Assembly: GCA_947302435.1 (NCBI GenBank)
Contig: CAMYVQ010000001.1
Location: 38,051-102,050 of the forward strand
Origin: an uncultured Prevotella sp.
GTDB lineage: Bacteria > Bacteroidota > Bacteroidia > Bacteroidales > Bacteroidaceae
Reading direction: 5' to 3'
DNA: 64,000 bases
Position numbers and translations under genes: made by a program. Position 1 is the stretch's first letter. Every line of letters starts with the position of its first letter. Below are positions 8,239 to 18,564 of the stretch, one piece after another. The notes beneath the pieces were generated by a model. The model made no database searches. It was not told the DNA's origin and saw only the letters and a list, made by a program, of their open reading frames with translations.

Positions 8239-11200
8239 ATGAAGAAAAGATTGACGATGTTTTTGGTAGGCATGTTCCTTGCAATAGGGACGGTGCTGGC
8301 CCAAAACAAGATTAGTGGAACCGTTGTCTCCCATGATGACGGTGAGCCGATTATTGGCGCATCAGTGCTGATTAACGGTACGAAGAACACGGGTACAACC
8401 ACCGACCTTGACGGTAAGTTCACCATCATTGTGCCTCAGGGCAAGAAGATTAAGGTGAGCTACATCGGCATGAAGGATATTGTCGTCACGCCGAAGCAGG
8501 GCATGGTGATCCGCATGCAGACCGATGCCACCATGGTCGACGAAGTGGTGGTGACGGGTATCCAGAAGATGGACAAGCGCCTGTTTACCGGTGCCACGAC
8601 AAAGATTGATGCCGAGGACACCAAGCTTGACGGTGTGGCCGACGTGACCCGTGCCCTTGAAGGCCGTGCTGCCGGTGTGTCGGTTCAGAACGTGTCGAGC
8701 ACCTTTGGTACGGCTCCTAAGATCCGTGTGCGCGGTGCCACGTCTATCTACGGTTCGAGCAGCCCCCTGTGGGTGGTCGACGGTGTGATCATGGAGGATG
8801 CCGTCAACGTGAGTGCCGACGATCTGTCGTCGGGCGATGCCACGACCCTGATCTCGAATGCCATTGCCGGTCTGAACGCCGACGATATCGAATCGTTCCA
8901 AGTGCTGAAGGACGGTAGCGCCACCTCTATCTACGGTGCGCGAGCCATGGCCGGTGTGGTGGTCATCACCACGAAGAAAGGCCGTGCCGGTCATAGCAGC
9001 ATCAACTATACGGGTGAGTTCACCTACCGTCTGAAGCCCAACTACAGCGAGTACAATATCTGTAACTCACAAGAGCAGATGGGTATCTACAAGGAAATGG
9101 CCGCCAAGGGCTGGCTCGAGTTCTCGTCGTTGGCCAACGGCTCTACCGCAGGTCTCTACGGTAAGATGTACCAGCAGGTGAAAGCCTACGATGAAACGAC
9201 AGGACAGTTCGGCCTGCCCTATACCGATGCTGCCATGAACGCCTACTTGCAGCAGGCAGAGTTCCGCAACACCGACTGGTTCGACCTGCTTTTCAACAAC
9301 AACATCATGCAAACCCATTCGGTGTCGATCTCCACGGGTACCGACAATGCCAACCTCTATGCTTCGCTGTCGGCTCTCTACGATCCGGGATGGACGAAGG
9401 ACTCGAAGGTGGAACGCTATACGGCCAATGTCAATGCCTCGTTCAACCTGTCGAAGCAGCTGACCGTCACCCTGCGCACCAACGGTAGCTACCGTAACCA
9501 GGATGCTCCGGGTACGCTGAGCCGTTCGGTCGACCCCGTGAGCGGTGCCGTGAACCGTTCGTTCGACATCAACCCCTTCAGCTACGCTATGAACACCTCG
9601 CGTACGCTCGACCCGAACGATACCTATACGCGCAACTATGCCCCGTTCAACATCTTCAACGAGCTTGACAATAACTACATCAACATCCAGACCATGGATT
9701 TGAAGTTTCAGGGCGAGGTGAGCTATAAGCCCATCCTCGGACTGGAAATCAACCTCTTGGGAAGCTACCGCACGTACAAGGCCCTGCGCGACACCTACGT
9801 GTTGAACAATTCGAACCGTGCCAATGCCTATCGTGCTGGTGTCGACAACCCTAACATCCGTGACAACAATATCTACCTCTATAACGATCCCGACGTGCCC
9901 AACTCGCTGCCTGTCAGCGTGATGGAGCAGGGCGGTATCTATACGGGCAATGTGAACTCGGTGAAGCAGCTCGACTTCCGTGGCACCATACAATATAATA
10001 AGGTGTGGAACGACACCCACATCTTCAATGCCCTCATAGGTATGGAGGCCAACAAGGCCGACTATGATGCCCGCGAGAACAACGTGTACGGTGTCGACTA
10101 CGACAATGCCCGCCTCGTGGTGCCTAACTACCTGTTCTACAAGCAGTCTGAGGAAGAGGGAACCGTGCTGAACTCCTTCTCGAAGTCGTGGAACCGCCGT
10201 CTGGCCTATATGGGTAATATCAACTACTCTTACAAGGGTATCTACGGTCTGAACCTGACGGGTCGCTACGACGGCTCCAACCAGTTGGGCCGTAGCCGCC
10301 AGAGCCGCTGGCTCCCCACGTGGAACGTGTCGGCTTCGTGGAATGCCCACGAAGAGCAGTTCTTCAAGAATTTCATGGAGAACACCAATGGCTGGTTCAG
10401 CTATGCCAAGCTGCGCCTGAGCTATTCGCTTGTGGGCGAGCAGACGGCAGCCTCGAATGCCAACCCCATCTTCCAGAGCACCATCGTCTGGCGTCCGCAG
10501 GGTTCGATGCAGGAAACTGGTATTGAGCTTGCAAGCTATGGAAACCAGGCCCTGACCTACGAGAAAAAGCATGAATTCAATATCGGTCTCGACCTTGGTT
10601 TCCTTAATAACCGCATCAATCTGGTCACCGACTTCTACTGGCGCGACAATTTCGATCTGATGGGCTACACGCAGACCTATCTGCAAGGCGATCAGTTTGC
10701 CAATGTGGCAAAGATGAAGTCGAAGGGTGCCGAGGCTACCATCTCCAGCAAGAACATCATGACCAAGAACTTCCAGTGGAACACCGACTTCACGTTCTCT
10801 TACTGCGATACGGAGATTACCGACCTTCAGTCGTTCTCACGCATCATTGATTTGGTGCAGGCCAACGGATTTGCCCTCGAAGGCTATCCCCACCGTGCCC
10901 TGTTCTCCATCCCCTTCAAGGGACTCGATGACACGGGTATTCCCACCATCATGAACGAAAAGGGTGAGGTGACCACGACGGAAATCAACTTCCAGGACTA
11001 CGAGAACACCGATTTCCTGATCTATGAAGGCCCCACAGAACCGACCATCACCGGCGGTCTGAACAACATGTTCAGGTGGAAGAACTGGCGACTGAACATC
11101 TTCATCACCTATTCGTTCGGCAACAAACTGCGCCTTGATCCCGTGTTCAGCGTGGGCTACAGTGACATGAGTGCCATGCCGAAGGAGTTCAAGAACCGTT

Positions 11201-11556
11201 GGGTGCAGCCCGGCGACGAGAAGATCACCACGATTCCCGCCATTGCCAGCGTGCGCCAGTATTACGACAACTCGCATCTGGCCTACGCCTACAATGCCTA
11301 CAACTACTCTGATGCCCGTGTGGCCGACGGTGGTTTCATCCGCATGAAGGACGTTTCGCTGACGTATGATTTCCAGCCCAATCTGATTAGCAAGATTGGC
11401 CTGACCTCCGCTTCGCTGAAGCTTGATGCCACCAACCTCTTCCTGATCTATGCCGATAAGAAGCTGAACGGACAGGATCCTGAGTTCGTCAATTCGGGTG
11501 GTGTGGCTACGCCGTTGTCAAAGCAGTTCACCTTCACGCTGCGTCTCGGCATCTGA
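8239..11556 (+). CDS. SusC/RagA family TonB-dependent transporter
   Basis: Signal peptide, IRVRG..PLWVVDG plug, DIESFQVLKDGSATSIYGARA..GVVVITTKKG, terminal beta strand. Confidence 0.97.
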   Translation: MKKRLTMFLVGMFLAIGTVLAQNKISGTVVSHDDGEPIIGASVLINGTKNTGTTTDLDGKFTIIVPQGKKIKVSYIGMKDIVVTPKQGMVIRMQTDATMVDEVVVTGIQKMDKRLFTGATTKIDAEDTKLDGVADVTRALEGRAAGVSVQNVSSTFGTAPKIRVRGATSIYGSSSPLWVVDGVIMEDAVNVSADDLSSGDATTLISNAIAGLNADDIESFQVLKDGSATSIYGARAMAGVVVITTKKGRAGHSSINYTGEFTYRLKPNYSEYNICNSQEQMGIYKEMAAKGWLEFSSLANGSTAGLYGKMYQQVKAYDETTGQFGLPYTDAAMNAYLQQAEFRNTDWFDLLFNNNIMQTHSVSISTGTDNANLYASLSALYDPGWTKDSKVERYTANVNASFNLSKQLTVTLRTNGSYRNQDAPGTLSRSVDPVSGAVNRSFDINPFSYAMNTSRTLDPNDTYTRNYAPFNIFNELDNNYINIQTMDLKFQGEVSYKPILGLEINLLGSYRTYKALRDTYVLNNSNRANAYRAGVDNPNIRDNNIYLYNDPDVPNSLPVSVMEQGGIYTGNVNSVKQLDFRGTIQYNKVWNDTHIFNALIGMEANKADYDARENNVYGVDYDNARLVVPNYLFYKQSEEEGTVLNSFSKSWNRRLAYMGNINYSYKGIYGLNLTGRYDGSNQLGRSRQSRWLPTWNVSASWNAHEEQFFKNFMENTNGWFSYAKLRLSYSLVGEQTAASNANPIFQSTIVWRPQGSMQETGIELASYGNQALTYEKKHEFNIGLDLGFLNNRINLVTDFYWRDNFDLMGYTQTYLQGDQFANVAKMKSKGAEATISSKNIMTKNFQWNTDFTFSYCDTEITDLQSFSRIIDLVQANGFALEGYPHRALFSIPFKGLDDTGIPTIMNEKGEVTTTEINFQDYENTDFLIYEGPTEPTITGGLNNMFRWKNWRLNIFITYSFGNKLRLDPVFSVGYSDMSAMPKEFKNRWVQPGDEKITTIPAIASVRQYYDNSHLAYAYNAYNYSDARVADGGFIRMKDVSLTYDFQPNLISKIGLTSASLKLDATNLFLIYADKKLNGQDPEFVNSGGVATPLSKQFTFTLRLGI

Positions 11557-11605
11557 TACAACTGAAGATGGAATATTGAAAACTGATGATAATTGAAGAA
11601 AAAAT

Positions 11606-13387
11606 ATGATAAAGAAAAGCAATATATACGGAATGGTGGTAATGGGATTTGCGGCATTGGCCCTTCCCTCATGCACCGACAGCTTCCTTGACCAGGAACC
11701 CGACGAACGTGCCGTCATCGATACCGAGGACAAAGTGCGCCAGTTGCTGATTAGCTCCTATCCCGCTGCCAACTATGGATGGCTGTGCGAGATCTCCAGT
11801 GACAATATCATGGACAATAACGCGAATCACATGCCCATCAGTGGTTCGGCGGAGCAGATTGCCACCCGTTACAACCTGACTTCTTTCGACCGTTGCGACG
11901 ACGAGCTGTTCCGCTTCGAGCAGGGCGTCTCGGCTACGGGGCAGGACACCCCTAAATTTATTTGGGAACAAACGTATGCCAGCATTTTCTCCTGCAACTA
12001 CGTGCTCGAAGCCATTGAGGAGCTGAAGGCGAAGAATGGCGGTGTGCTGACTCCTGCGCTGAAAGGCTACCAGGCCGAAGCCCTTCTGCTAAGAGCCTAC
12101 AACCACTTCGTGCTGCTCAACACCTTCTCGCAGGCCTACAAAGGCGAGGAAGCCAGCCGCAACGACATTGGTGTCCCCTACGTCAGGCATACGAGCACCG
12201 ACTTCACCGAGCAGTATGACCGCGGCAATGTGACCGATTGCTACAAGATGATCATCGAAGACCTTGAGGCTGCCCTGCCCAATGTCACTGACAGTCACCT
12301 GAAGAATGCCGTCAAGTATCACTTCAATGTAAATGCCGCCCATGCCTTCGCCTCACGTGTCTACTTGTTCCACCACGACTGGGATAAGGCTGAGAAACAG
12401 GCTTCCTATCTGTTGGGCGACGACTATGCCGCCATTGCTCCTAAGCTCGTTGACTTCACGGGAATGGACTACTGCACCTATTCCACTGACTATGGCGTGA
12501 TCTATCAGGATCCCGAATCGCCCAACAACCTGATGCTGCTCAACACGCATTCGTGGATAAACAATCATGCATTAGGCTATCGCTATGCGCAGAACAGCAC
12601 TTGCTGCCGTGAGATATACTATCACAGGACCCCGTTCACCGGTCTCTATGCCTATCCTTTCATCTATGTGGGTGGATGGACATTCTGGACGGGTAAGGAT
12701 TATGGCTATCTCGCAGCAAAGATTGCCCAAGAGTTTGAGTATTCCGACAAGTTGGCCGGCATTGGCTACAGCCATGTCATCCGCCGCGAGTTCACCAACA
12801 ACATGCTGCTCTTGGAACGCGCCGAGGCCCGCATCATGCAGGGCAACTATACGGGAGCCTTCAACGACATGGCTGCCTGGCTGAAAAGCTATCAGACCTT
12901 CTCTGAGTCCAACATGAAGACGTTCCGCGATGGCTATGGCATGCGCGACCTTTCCTTAGACGACATCGATTCGTATTTCAAACCCTCAATCACGGCCAAG
13001 GGCGACACGGTGCTTAATTTCAACTGCTTCTTCAGTTGGAACAATACCCCTGGCAAGATCAATGCCGCCGGCATGGGCTATAACATTCCCGACGAGGCTG
13101 TTCCCTATATGAACTGCCTGAACGAGTTCCGCAGAATCGAGACCTGCTGGGACGGTTGGCGGCTCTGGGACCTGAAGCGCTGGGGTATAGAGTGGAGCCA
13201 CACTTACTGGAGTCTGGAAGATCGCCGCGAGTTCACCACGCACATGGCATGGGATGACCCACGCCGCGCCATGGAGGTGCCGATGAACGCCATCGAGGCT
13301 GGTCTGCAGCCCTCTCGTCCCACTACGATGTCAAAGCCCGTGGAGACCTATACCGTGGCACCCATGGAGACGAGTGCCCGGAATTGA
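11606..13387 (+). CDS. SusD/RagB family lipoprotein
   Basis: Lipobox LPSC, EALLLRAYNHF..L, IGVPY, RRIE..G.R..DLKRW. Confidence 0.95.
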   Translation: MIKKSNIYGMVVMGFAALALPSCTDSFLDQEPDERAVIDTEDKVRQLLISSYPAANYGWLCEISSDNIMDNNANHMPISGSAEQIATRYNLTSFDRCDDELFRFEQGVSATGQDTPKFIWEQTYASIFSCNYVLEAIEELKAKNGGVLTPALKGYQAEALLLRAYNHFVLLNTFSQAYKGEEASRNDIGVPYVRHTSTDFTEQYDRGNVTDCYKMIIEDLEAALPNVTDSHLKNAVKYHFNVNAAHAFASRVYLFHHDWDKAEKQASYLLGDDYAAIAPKLVDFTGMDYCTYSTDYGVIYQDPESPNNLMLLNTHSWINNHALGYRYAQNSTCCREIYYHRTPFTGLYAYPFIYVGGWTFWTGKDYGYLAAKIAQEFEYSDKLAGIGYSHVIRREFTNNMLLLERAEARIMQGNYTGAFNDMAAWLKSYQTFSESNMKTFRDGYGMRDLSLDDIDSYFKPSITAKGDTVLNFNCFFSWNNTPGKINAAGMGYNIPDEAVPYMNCLNEFRRIETCWDGWRLWDLKRWGIEWSHTYWSLEDRREFTTHMAWDDPRRAMEVPMNAIEAGLQPSRPTTMSKPVETYTVAPMETSARN

Positions 13388-13434
13388 AGTTTTTTCATTG
13401 TTTTCAAATAGTAATCAGATAAATCACCAATAAT

Positions 13435-14667
13435 ATGAAGAAAGAATTTGTCGTTCTGTTTCTCGGATTCCTTCTTGCCGTAGGTATCACGGTTTCTTGC
13501 AGCAAGGACGATCTCGGCCCTACCATCTTTGAAACGACGGAGCGGCCCCTTGATCGCACTTCGTTCACGTTCCCGCTTGACACCTTCTGCAAGGCGAACT
13601 TCCTGGAACCTTATAACATGCGCTTTATCTACAGGTTGGAGGACATCGGCAGCGACTTGCAGAAGAACTTGGTTCCGGCCAGCTATCTGCAGAGCAAGAA
13701 GCTCGCCGTGCTGACAAAGTACCTCTGGTATGAGGTCTACAGCAAGTTGGCTGGTGAGAAATTCCTGAAGCTCTATTCGCCCCGTATCATTCTGCTGACA
13801 GGTTCGCCCTCGGTCAACGCTTCGTCGCATACCGAGACATTGGGTACCGCCGAAGGTGGCCTGAAGGTTTACCTGTACAAGGTGAATACGCTCGACGAGC
13901 ATGTCATTGAAGGCCATGAGGGCTTGAACCACCTGTTCTTCCACACCATGCACCATGAGTTTGCCCATATCCTCGACCAGACCCATCAGCGTCCTACCGC
14001 CTTCGACCTCCTTTCGAACGGTAAGTACGATGTGCAGTCGTGGGGCGAGGCTGACGACTCGCTTCGTGCCGGTCAGGGCTTCGTGTCGCCCTATGCTTCC
14101 AGTCAGGCTCGTGAAGACTGGGTAGAGGTGCTCGCAGGCTATGTGTGCAACGACACCTTGCAGTGGGACGAACTGATGAACAATGCCAAGTATGAGTGGG
14201 AGGAGATGGACATCGCCAAGAGCCAGGCCGACAGTATCAACCGTTTGCGCAAGAAGAGCACAATGCCCGACTCTATCGGCCATGTGAAGACCATCAGTGA
14301 AGCCGCAGGCACCTATAAGCTGGTGAGAAAGCTCGTTGCCCGTAATGCCGACGGTTCGGTGGCCAAAAAGGCCGACGGTACGCTCGACTATCTCGACAAG
14401 GATGGCATCAACGGCTACGACCTCATTCAGGCCAAGTTAGACATGGTGCGCGAGTGGCTGAAGACGGAGTATGGCATCAATATCGACGAGATGCGTCGCG
14501 AGGTGCAGAGCCGTACATACGTGATGAATGCCGACGGCACCTTCCCTATGAAGAATAGCAAGCTGATCAATCATATCGTGCAGCCTTTGCAGAGCGATCC
14601 CACCAAGACCGTGATGGACTCACTGCTCTATCAGGTCGACCGTTTTGAACCCCTCATTGAGAAGTAA
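13435..14667 (+). CDS. Substrate-import-associated zinc metallopeptidase-like lipoprotein
   Basis: Lipobox TVSC, LGTAEGG, HTMHHEFAHIL, GFVSPYA..EDWVE. Confidence 0.88.
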   Translation: MKKEFVVLFLGFLLAVGITVSCSKDDLGPTIFETTERPLDRTSFTFPLDTFCKANFLEPYNMRFIYRLEDIGSDLQKNLVPASYLQSKKLAVLTKYLWYEVYSKLAGEKFLKLYSPRIILLTGSPSVNASSHTETLGTAEGGLKVYLYKVNTLDEHVIEGHEGLNHLFFHTMHHEFAHILDQTHQRPTAFDLLSNGKYDVQSWGEADDSLRAGQGFVSPYASSQAREDWVEVLAGYVCNDTLQWDELMNNAKYEWEEMDIAKSQADSINRLRKKSTMPDSIGHVKTISEAAGTYKLVRKLVARNADGSVAKKADGTLDYLDKDGINGYDLIQAKLDMVREWLKTEYGINIDEMRREVQSRTYVMNADGTFPMKNSKLINHIVQPLQSDPTKTVMDSLLYQVDRFEPLIEK

Positions 14668-14676
14668 ACAGAAAAA

Positions 14677-16053
14677 ATGATGCTAAAGAATATGAAGAAT
14701 CCAATTTATATGCTGGTTTTGTCGGCACTTTGTCTCATGACGGGCTGCGCAGGTGAGGAAGATCTCCTGTTCAGTGAGTCGGCTGCCGAACGCCTGAATG
14801 CAGCGAGTGACAGGTATTCTGCCCTGTTGAACAGTTCGGAAGGAGGATGGGTGATTCAGTACTATCCCACCAACGACAATCCCAATGAGGATGGCGAAAA
14901 GGTGCTCACCACGGGAACCTGCTATCTCTGGTGCGTGAAGTTTTTCAAGGACCATCAGGTGAAGGTCGGTATGAACAACTCTTTCTCGGAGAATATATAC
15001 GCTGAGGACTCCTCGGCATGGGAGGTGATTACCGACAACGGCCCCGTGCTGACGTTCAACTCGTTTAATAAGAATGTGCATGCGTTCTCCGATCCCGACA
15101 AGCACAGCATTCCCAACAACGACGACAACGTATGGGGAGTGGGTGTCGGTGGCGACTATGAGTTCGTGATTGTCGATGCTCCGGCAGACCGCAGCCACGT
15201 GATGCTGAAGGGCAAGAAGCGTGCCACGTACAACCTGATGCTCCCGTTGCCTGCAGGAACCGACTTCGAGAAATATCTTGCCGAGGTGGATTCCTTCACA
15301 AAGCGTGTGTTCTCGAAAGGTGCTCCCAACGAGGACTTGCTCACCATCGGTGAAAATAAGTTCAAGCTGAACTCTGGCAGCACGGGCATCATGGGCATGT
15401 ATCCTGCCGATGGCGATGCCCTTACGGAGACCCACAAGGCCACGTTTGGCATTGTGAAGAAGGACAATCAGTTTGTGATGCGCTTCCGCGACAAGCAGAC
15501 ACTGGCTGAGACCACTCTTCAGGAGTTCGTCTTCGATAACGACCGTGACATGTTCGTCGCTTCCGACAATCAGGCCGTCACTATTGAGGGTGGTGTTCCT
15601 TATGACCAGTTTGTTGAGGTCGTTGAGAAGAAGGAACGCCGTTGGGAGTGGAAGGACACCTTGCTCATGTCAGACAGTTACAAGGCTCTCTACAATGCTT
15701 TGGCTGACAACTTCCAGAACGTGTTGGGAAACAAGTTGGTCAGTCTCTGTCTCCGAGTCAACAGCGATGTGCTGACTTTCCGCTTCAGATATTTAGTGAA
15801 TAAGAAGTCCATTGATATTGACTATAATCTCGAAATGGAGCGCGACGGTAACAGCGTGTCGTTCAAGTTCGTCGGCGATTTCAATGATGCGTCCACGAAT
15901 GCACGCAAAATGATTCCTGAAATACAGCAGATGATCGACCTCATGCAGCAGAGCTGGACGGTCACCAAGCATGAAACCAATTTCGACCTCAGCAAGGTGA
16001 AACTTGTGTCAGTTTCTGATCCCAATATGTGGTTTGTAGTGTCAATTATTTAA
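14677..16053 (+). CDS. DUF4302-like lipoprotein
   Basis: Lipobox MTGC, F.ESAAERL, GW.IQYYP, GPVLTF..N..H.FSDP, GGDYEF. Confidence 0.8.
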   Translation: MMLKNMKNPIYMLVLSALCLMTGCAGEEDLLFSESAAERLNAASDRYSALLNSSEGGWVIQYYPTNDNPNEDGEKVLTTGTCYLWCVKFFKDHQVKVGMNNSFSENIYAEDSSAWEVITDNGPVLTFNSFNKNVHAFSDPDKHSIPNNDDNVWGVGVGGDYEFVIVDAPADRSHVMLKGKKRATYNLMLPLPAGTDFEKYLAEVDSFTKRVFSKGAPNEDLLTIGENKFKLNSGSTGIMGMYPADGDALTETHKATFGIVKKDNQFVMRFRDKQTLAETTLQEFVFDNDRDMFVASDNQAVTIEGGVPYDQFVEVVEKKERRWEWKDTLLMSDSYKALYNALADNFQNVLGNKLVSLCLRVNSDVLTFRFRYLVNKKSIDIDYNLEMERDGNSVSFKFVGDFNDASTNARKMIPEIQQMIDLMQQSWTVTKHETNFDLSKVKLVSVSDPNMWFVVSII

Positions 16054-16079
16054 TCTTATTATAAACAATTATTTTTATT

Positions 16080-17933
16080 ATGAAGAAAATCTTCCTTGTT
16101 GCAGTGGCCACCGCTTTTGTGGCAACTGGTTTCGCACAGTCGAAAATGACTGTCGAGAAAAAGAATTTTCAACTGTGGCAGAAGGCCGCTCCTTCCAATG
16201 CTGTGTCGATGAAGGCAGAGCGCATGGAGAAGCTTCCTGTCCGCGACGTGCAGCAGCAGGTGCGTACAACGGCCCAGAAAGCCACGCGCCGACTGATTGC
16301 CGACGGTATCTTCTACAGCCGTCCTGCCGGAACGCTCTATGGCGGCTGGAACTGGGCTGAAGGTGGTAGTGGTTATTACTATACCACACTGATTGGTGCT
16401 CCCTACACGGATTTCACCTACGTGAACAAGTGCGTGGACAACAATTCCGAATGGACTGTGAATGGTGAGGATGCTACAGAAGACGTTGTGAATGGCAATT
16501 ATGTCGGTGCGTATGCAAGAACCGAACTGGGTGGCGCTTCGCTCTTCTATGTTCCTACGGTCAACACGACTGCCGGTTCTTATACGCTTGGCGACTACAA
16601 TGTCTATTATAAGCGTGAGTTTATTTCTTTAGGCGGTCTTGTCCGCATGGACTCACTCACCTGTCTCTATCCTTCCGATCCCAATGCCGCTGTGTTGTCT
16701 AACGGCGTGTATTACAGTCCGAGTGCCGCATGGGGCTTGTTGGATTCCGACAACCTGTTTGGTTCGGGTTCTGACGAAGATTTCGGAAAGGCTGTTACGG
16801 CTGTGCAGGTGTTCCCGAAGCCGATTTCCCCACTGTTCTTCGACAAGATTTACGTAGAGGCTCTCTCTGAGACCCAGCCAATTCCCGCAGGCATGAAGAT
16901 GCGTGCTTATATTACGGGTGTGAAAGACTCTACCGTTACTTATCGTGACGAATCTCAAGAAGTCGTCAAGGTTCCTGATATGGAGAATATTATTGACATT
17001 CTCTATGCTGAGTCCAGTGATACGCTCGATTTCGTTTCTACAACCACCCGTAACCAGAAAACGTTGAAGACTGGTCAAGTTGTTTACAAGAAGCCTGGCT
17101 ATACCGATATTCTGGGCAACAACATTCCTGGCAATGTGGTGGTTGATCAGCAGTTTGCCTTGGTGCTGGCCGATTTCGAGAAGGACGGTGTCGACTATGG
17201 TGTCTTCGGTAATGAAGTCGAGGACGGCGACGACAGCGTGGATAGAGCACGCATGGGCTTTGAGAATGGCCGTAGTCTGACCTATTCTACTCCTATTGCA
17301 CTGGCCGTTTCACTCTATGGCATGTTCGACAGGGCATACGCACCCAAGGTTCCCGGTATCTACTCATTTGAGGACGAGACTCTTGACTACCGTATCGTTG
17401 CTCTGCCTGTGAACGGATCTCCTGAAGAGTATGGCTATGGTAACTATACCTACGGTTCTACTGGTTCGATATTTGTGACGGGTGAGGAATCCGATGCCGG
17501 CTACCCCGGTGCTTTCGTCAATACGAATGTGTATTGGTTTGACGAGGACGAGAATTCCAACTATGACATCCTCGGTGTTCCCGACTGGATTCAGGACTGC
17601 GTTATTGACCCCTCTTTCCCCTACTATGGCAATGTGATCATGTTCAATGTCGATCCTCTTCCCACTGGCGAGAAGGGTCGTTATGCATGGGTGAACGTTG
17701 TTGGTTCGGAGGCTGAGATGGGTGACGATGTGGTTTATTCTACCGTCAGCGAACCTATTCTGCTGGTTCAGGGTGATGTTGATGTGGATGCAGTCATTGC
17801 CGCCAATGTGCAGAGTGTTCGTTCGAATGTACGCCCCTCTAACAACTTTACCTACAGCCTGACCGGTCAGCGTGTGGCCAATAGCTTCAAGGGCATCGTG
17901 ATCCGCGATGGCAAGAAGTACATCATGAAGTAA
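16080..17933 (+). CDS. Secreted hypothetical protein with C-terminal sorting tail
   Basis: Signal peptide; ends YSLTGQRV..KGIVIRDGKKYIMK. Confidence 0.8.
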   Translation: MKKIFLVAVATAFVATGFAQSKMTVEKKNFQLWQKAAPSNAVSMKAERMEKLPVRDVQQQVRTTAQKATRRLIADGIFYSRPAGTLYGGWNWAEGGSGYYYTTLIGAPYTDFTYVNKCVDNNSEWTVNGEDATEDVVNGNYVGAYARTELGGASLFYVPTVNTTAGSYTLGDYNVYYKREFISLGGLVRMDSLTCLYPSDPNAAVLSNGVYYSPSAAWGLLDSDNLFGSGSDEDFGKAVTAVQVFPKPISPLFFDKIYVEALSETQPIPAGMKMRAYITGVKDSTVTYRDESQEVVKVPDMENIIDILYAESSDTLDFVSTTTRNQKTLKTGQVVYKKPGYTDILGNNIPGNVVVDQQFALVLADFEKDGVDYGVFGNEVEDGDDSVDRARMGFENGRSLTYSTPIALAVSLYGMFDRAYAPKVPGIYSFEDETLDYRIVALPVNGSPEEYGYGNYTYGSTGSIFVTGEESDAGYPGAFVNTNVYWFDEDENSNYDILGVPDWIQDCVIDPSFPYYGNVIMFNVDPLPTGEKGRYAWVNVVGSEAEMGDDVVYSTVSEPILLVQGDVDVDAVIAANVQSVRSNVRPSNNFTYSLTGQRVANSFKGIVIRDGKKYIMK

Positions 17934-17952
17934 AAGTTGCCTTAGGGCATCG

Positions 17953-17995
17953 CATAAAAAAGGCCTCCTGTTCATAACGGGAGGCCTTTTTTATG
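17953..17995. terminator. Bidirectional intrinsic terminator
   Basis: CATAAAAAAGGCCTCC..GGAGGCCTTTTTTATG. Confidence 0.9.
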
Positions 17996-18044
17996 TGGTT
18001 TCTTTGGATAAGTCTTACATCATAGGGAATGTTGTTGGGGCAGG

Positions 18045-18401
18045 CTATTTCCCGATATACTTCTCAATCATGGCCAGACACTTCTCGCTGTTGACGGGCT
18101 TGGAAAGGAAATCGTCGCAGCCCGAACGCAGTGCAAGCTGCCGGTCACTGTCGAAGGCATTGGCAGTAAGGGCGATGACAGGCAACTCGGGATGGGTCTC
18201 CTTAATCTTGGTGGTGGCCTCAAGACCATCCATCACGGGCATCTTGATGTCCATCAGCACCAAGTCGAATCCACCCTCATTCACCATATCTACGGCTTCT
18301 TTTCCGTTTTTGGCGCGTTTGAACTGGTAGTCACGTCTCAGGATGTAGGTCATCAGGACGAAGTTGCTGTCGTTGTCTTCTGCAATAAGGATTGTCTTCA
18401 T
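18045..18401 (-). CDS. Single-domain response regulator (CheY-like)
   Basis: ILIAEDN, LVLMDIKMPVMDG, IALTANA, FLSKP. Confidence 0.95.
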   Translation of the reverse strand: MKTILIAEDNDSNFVLMTYILRRDYQFKRAKNGKEAVDMVNEGGFDLVLMDIKMPVMDGLEATTKIKETHPELPVIALTANAFDSDRQLALRSGCDDFLSKPVNSEKCLAMIEKYIGK

Positions 18402-18564
18402 GATTTCTGTGCTGTTATAAATAAATAGTTGTTATTAGTTAATTTGTTACAAAAGTACTGCTTTTCTTTTGAAATCATTTGCTCCGATATGACTTTTTAA
18501 CTAATTTTGCACGAGTAGATATATTACTTTACTTAATACTAATAACAAATAACTTACTAAACAA

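Noticed and set aside
9067-10686. Long antisense ORFs (also 4462-5781, 18529-20010, 62599-63591 and others)
   Set aside because: They shadow well-supported genes on the opposite strand, as expected from codon bias, and contain no recognisable motifs
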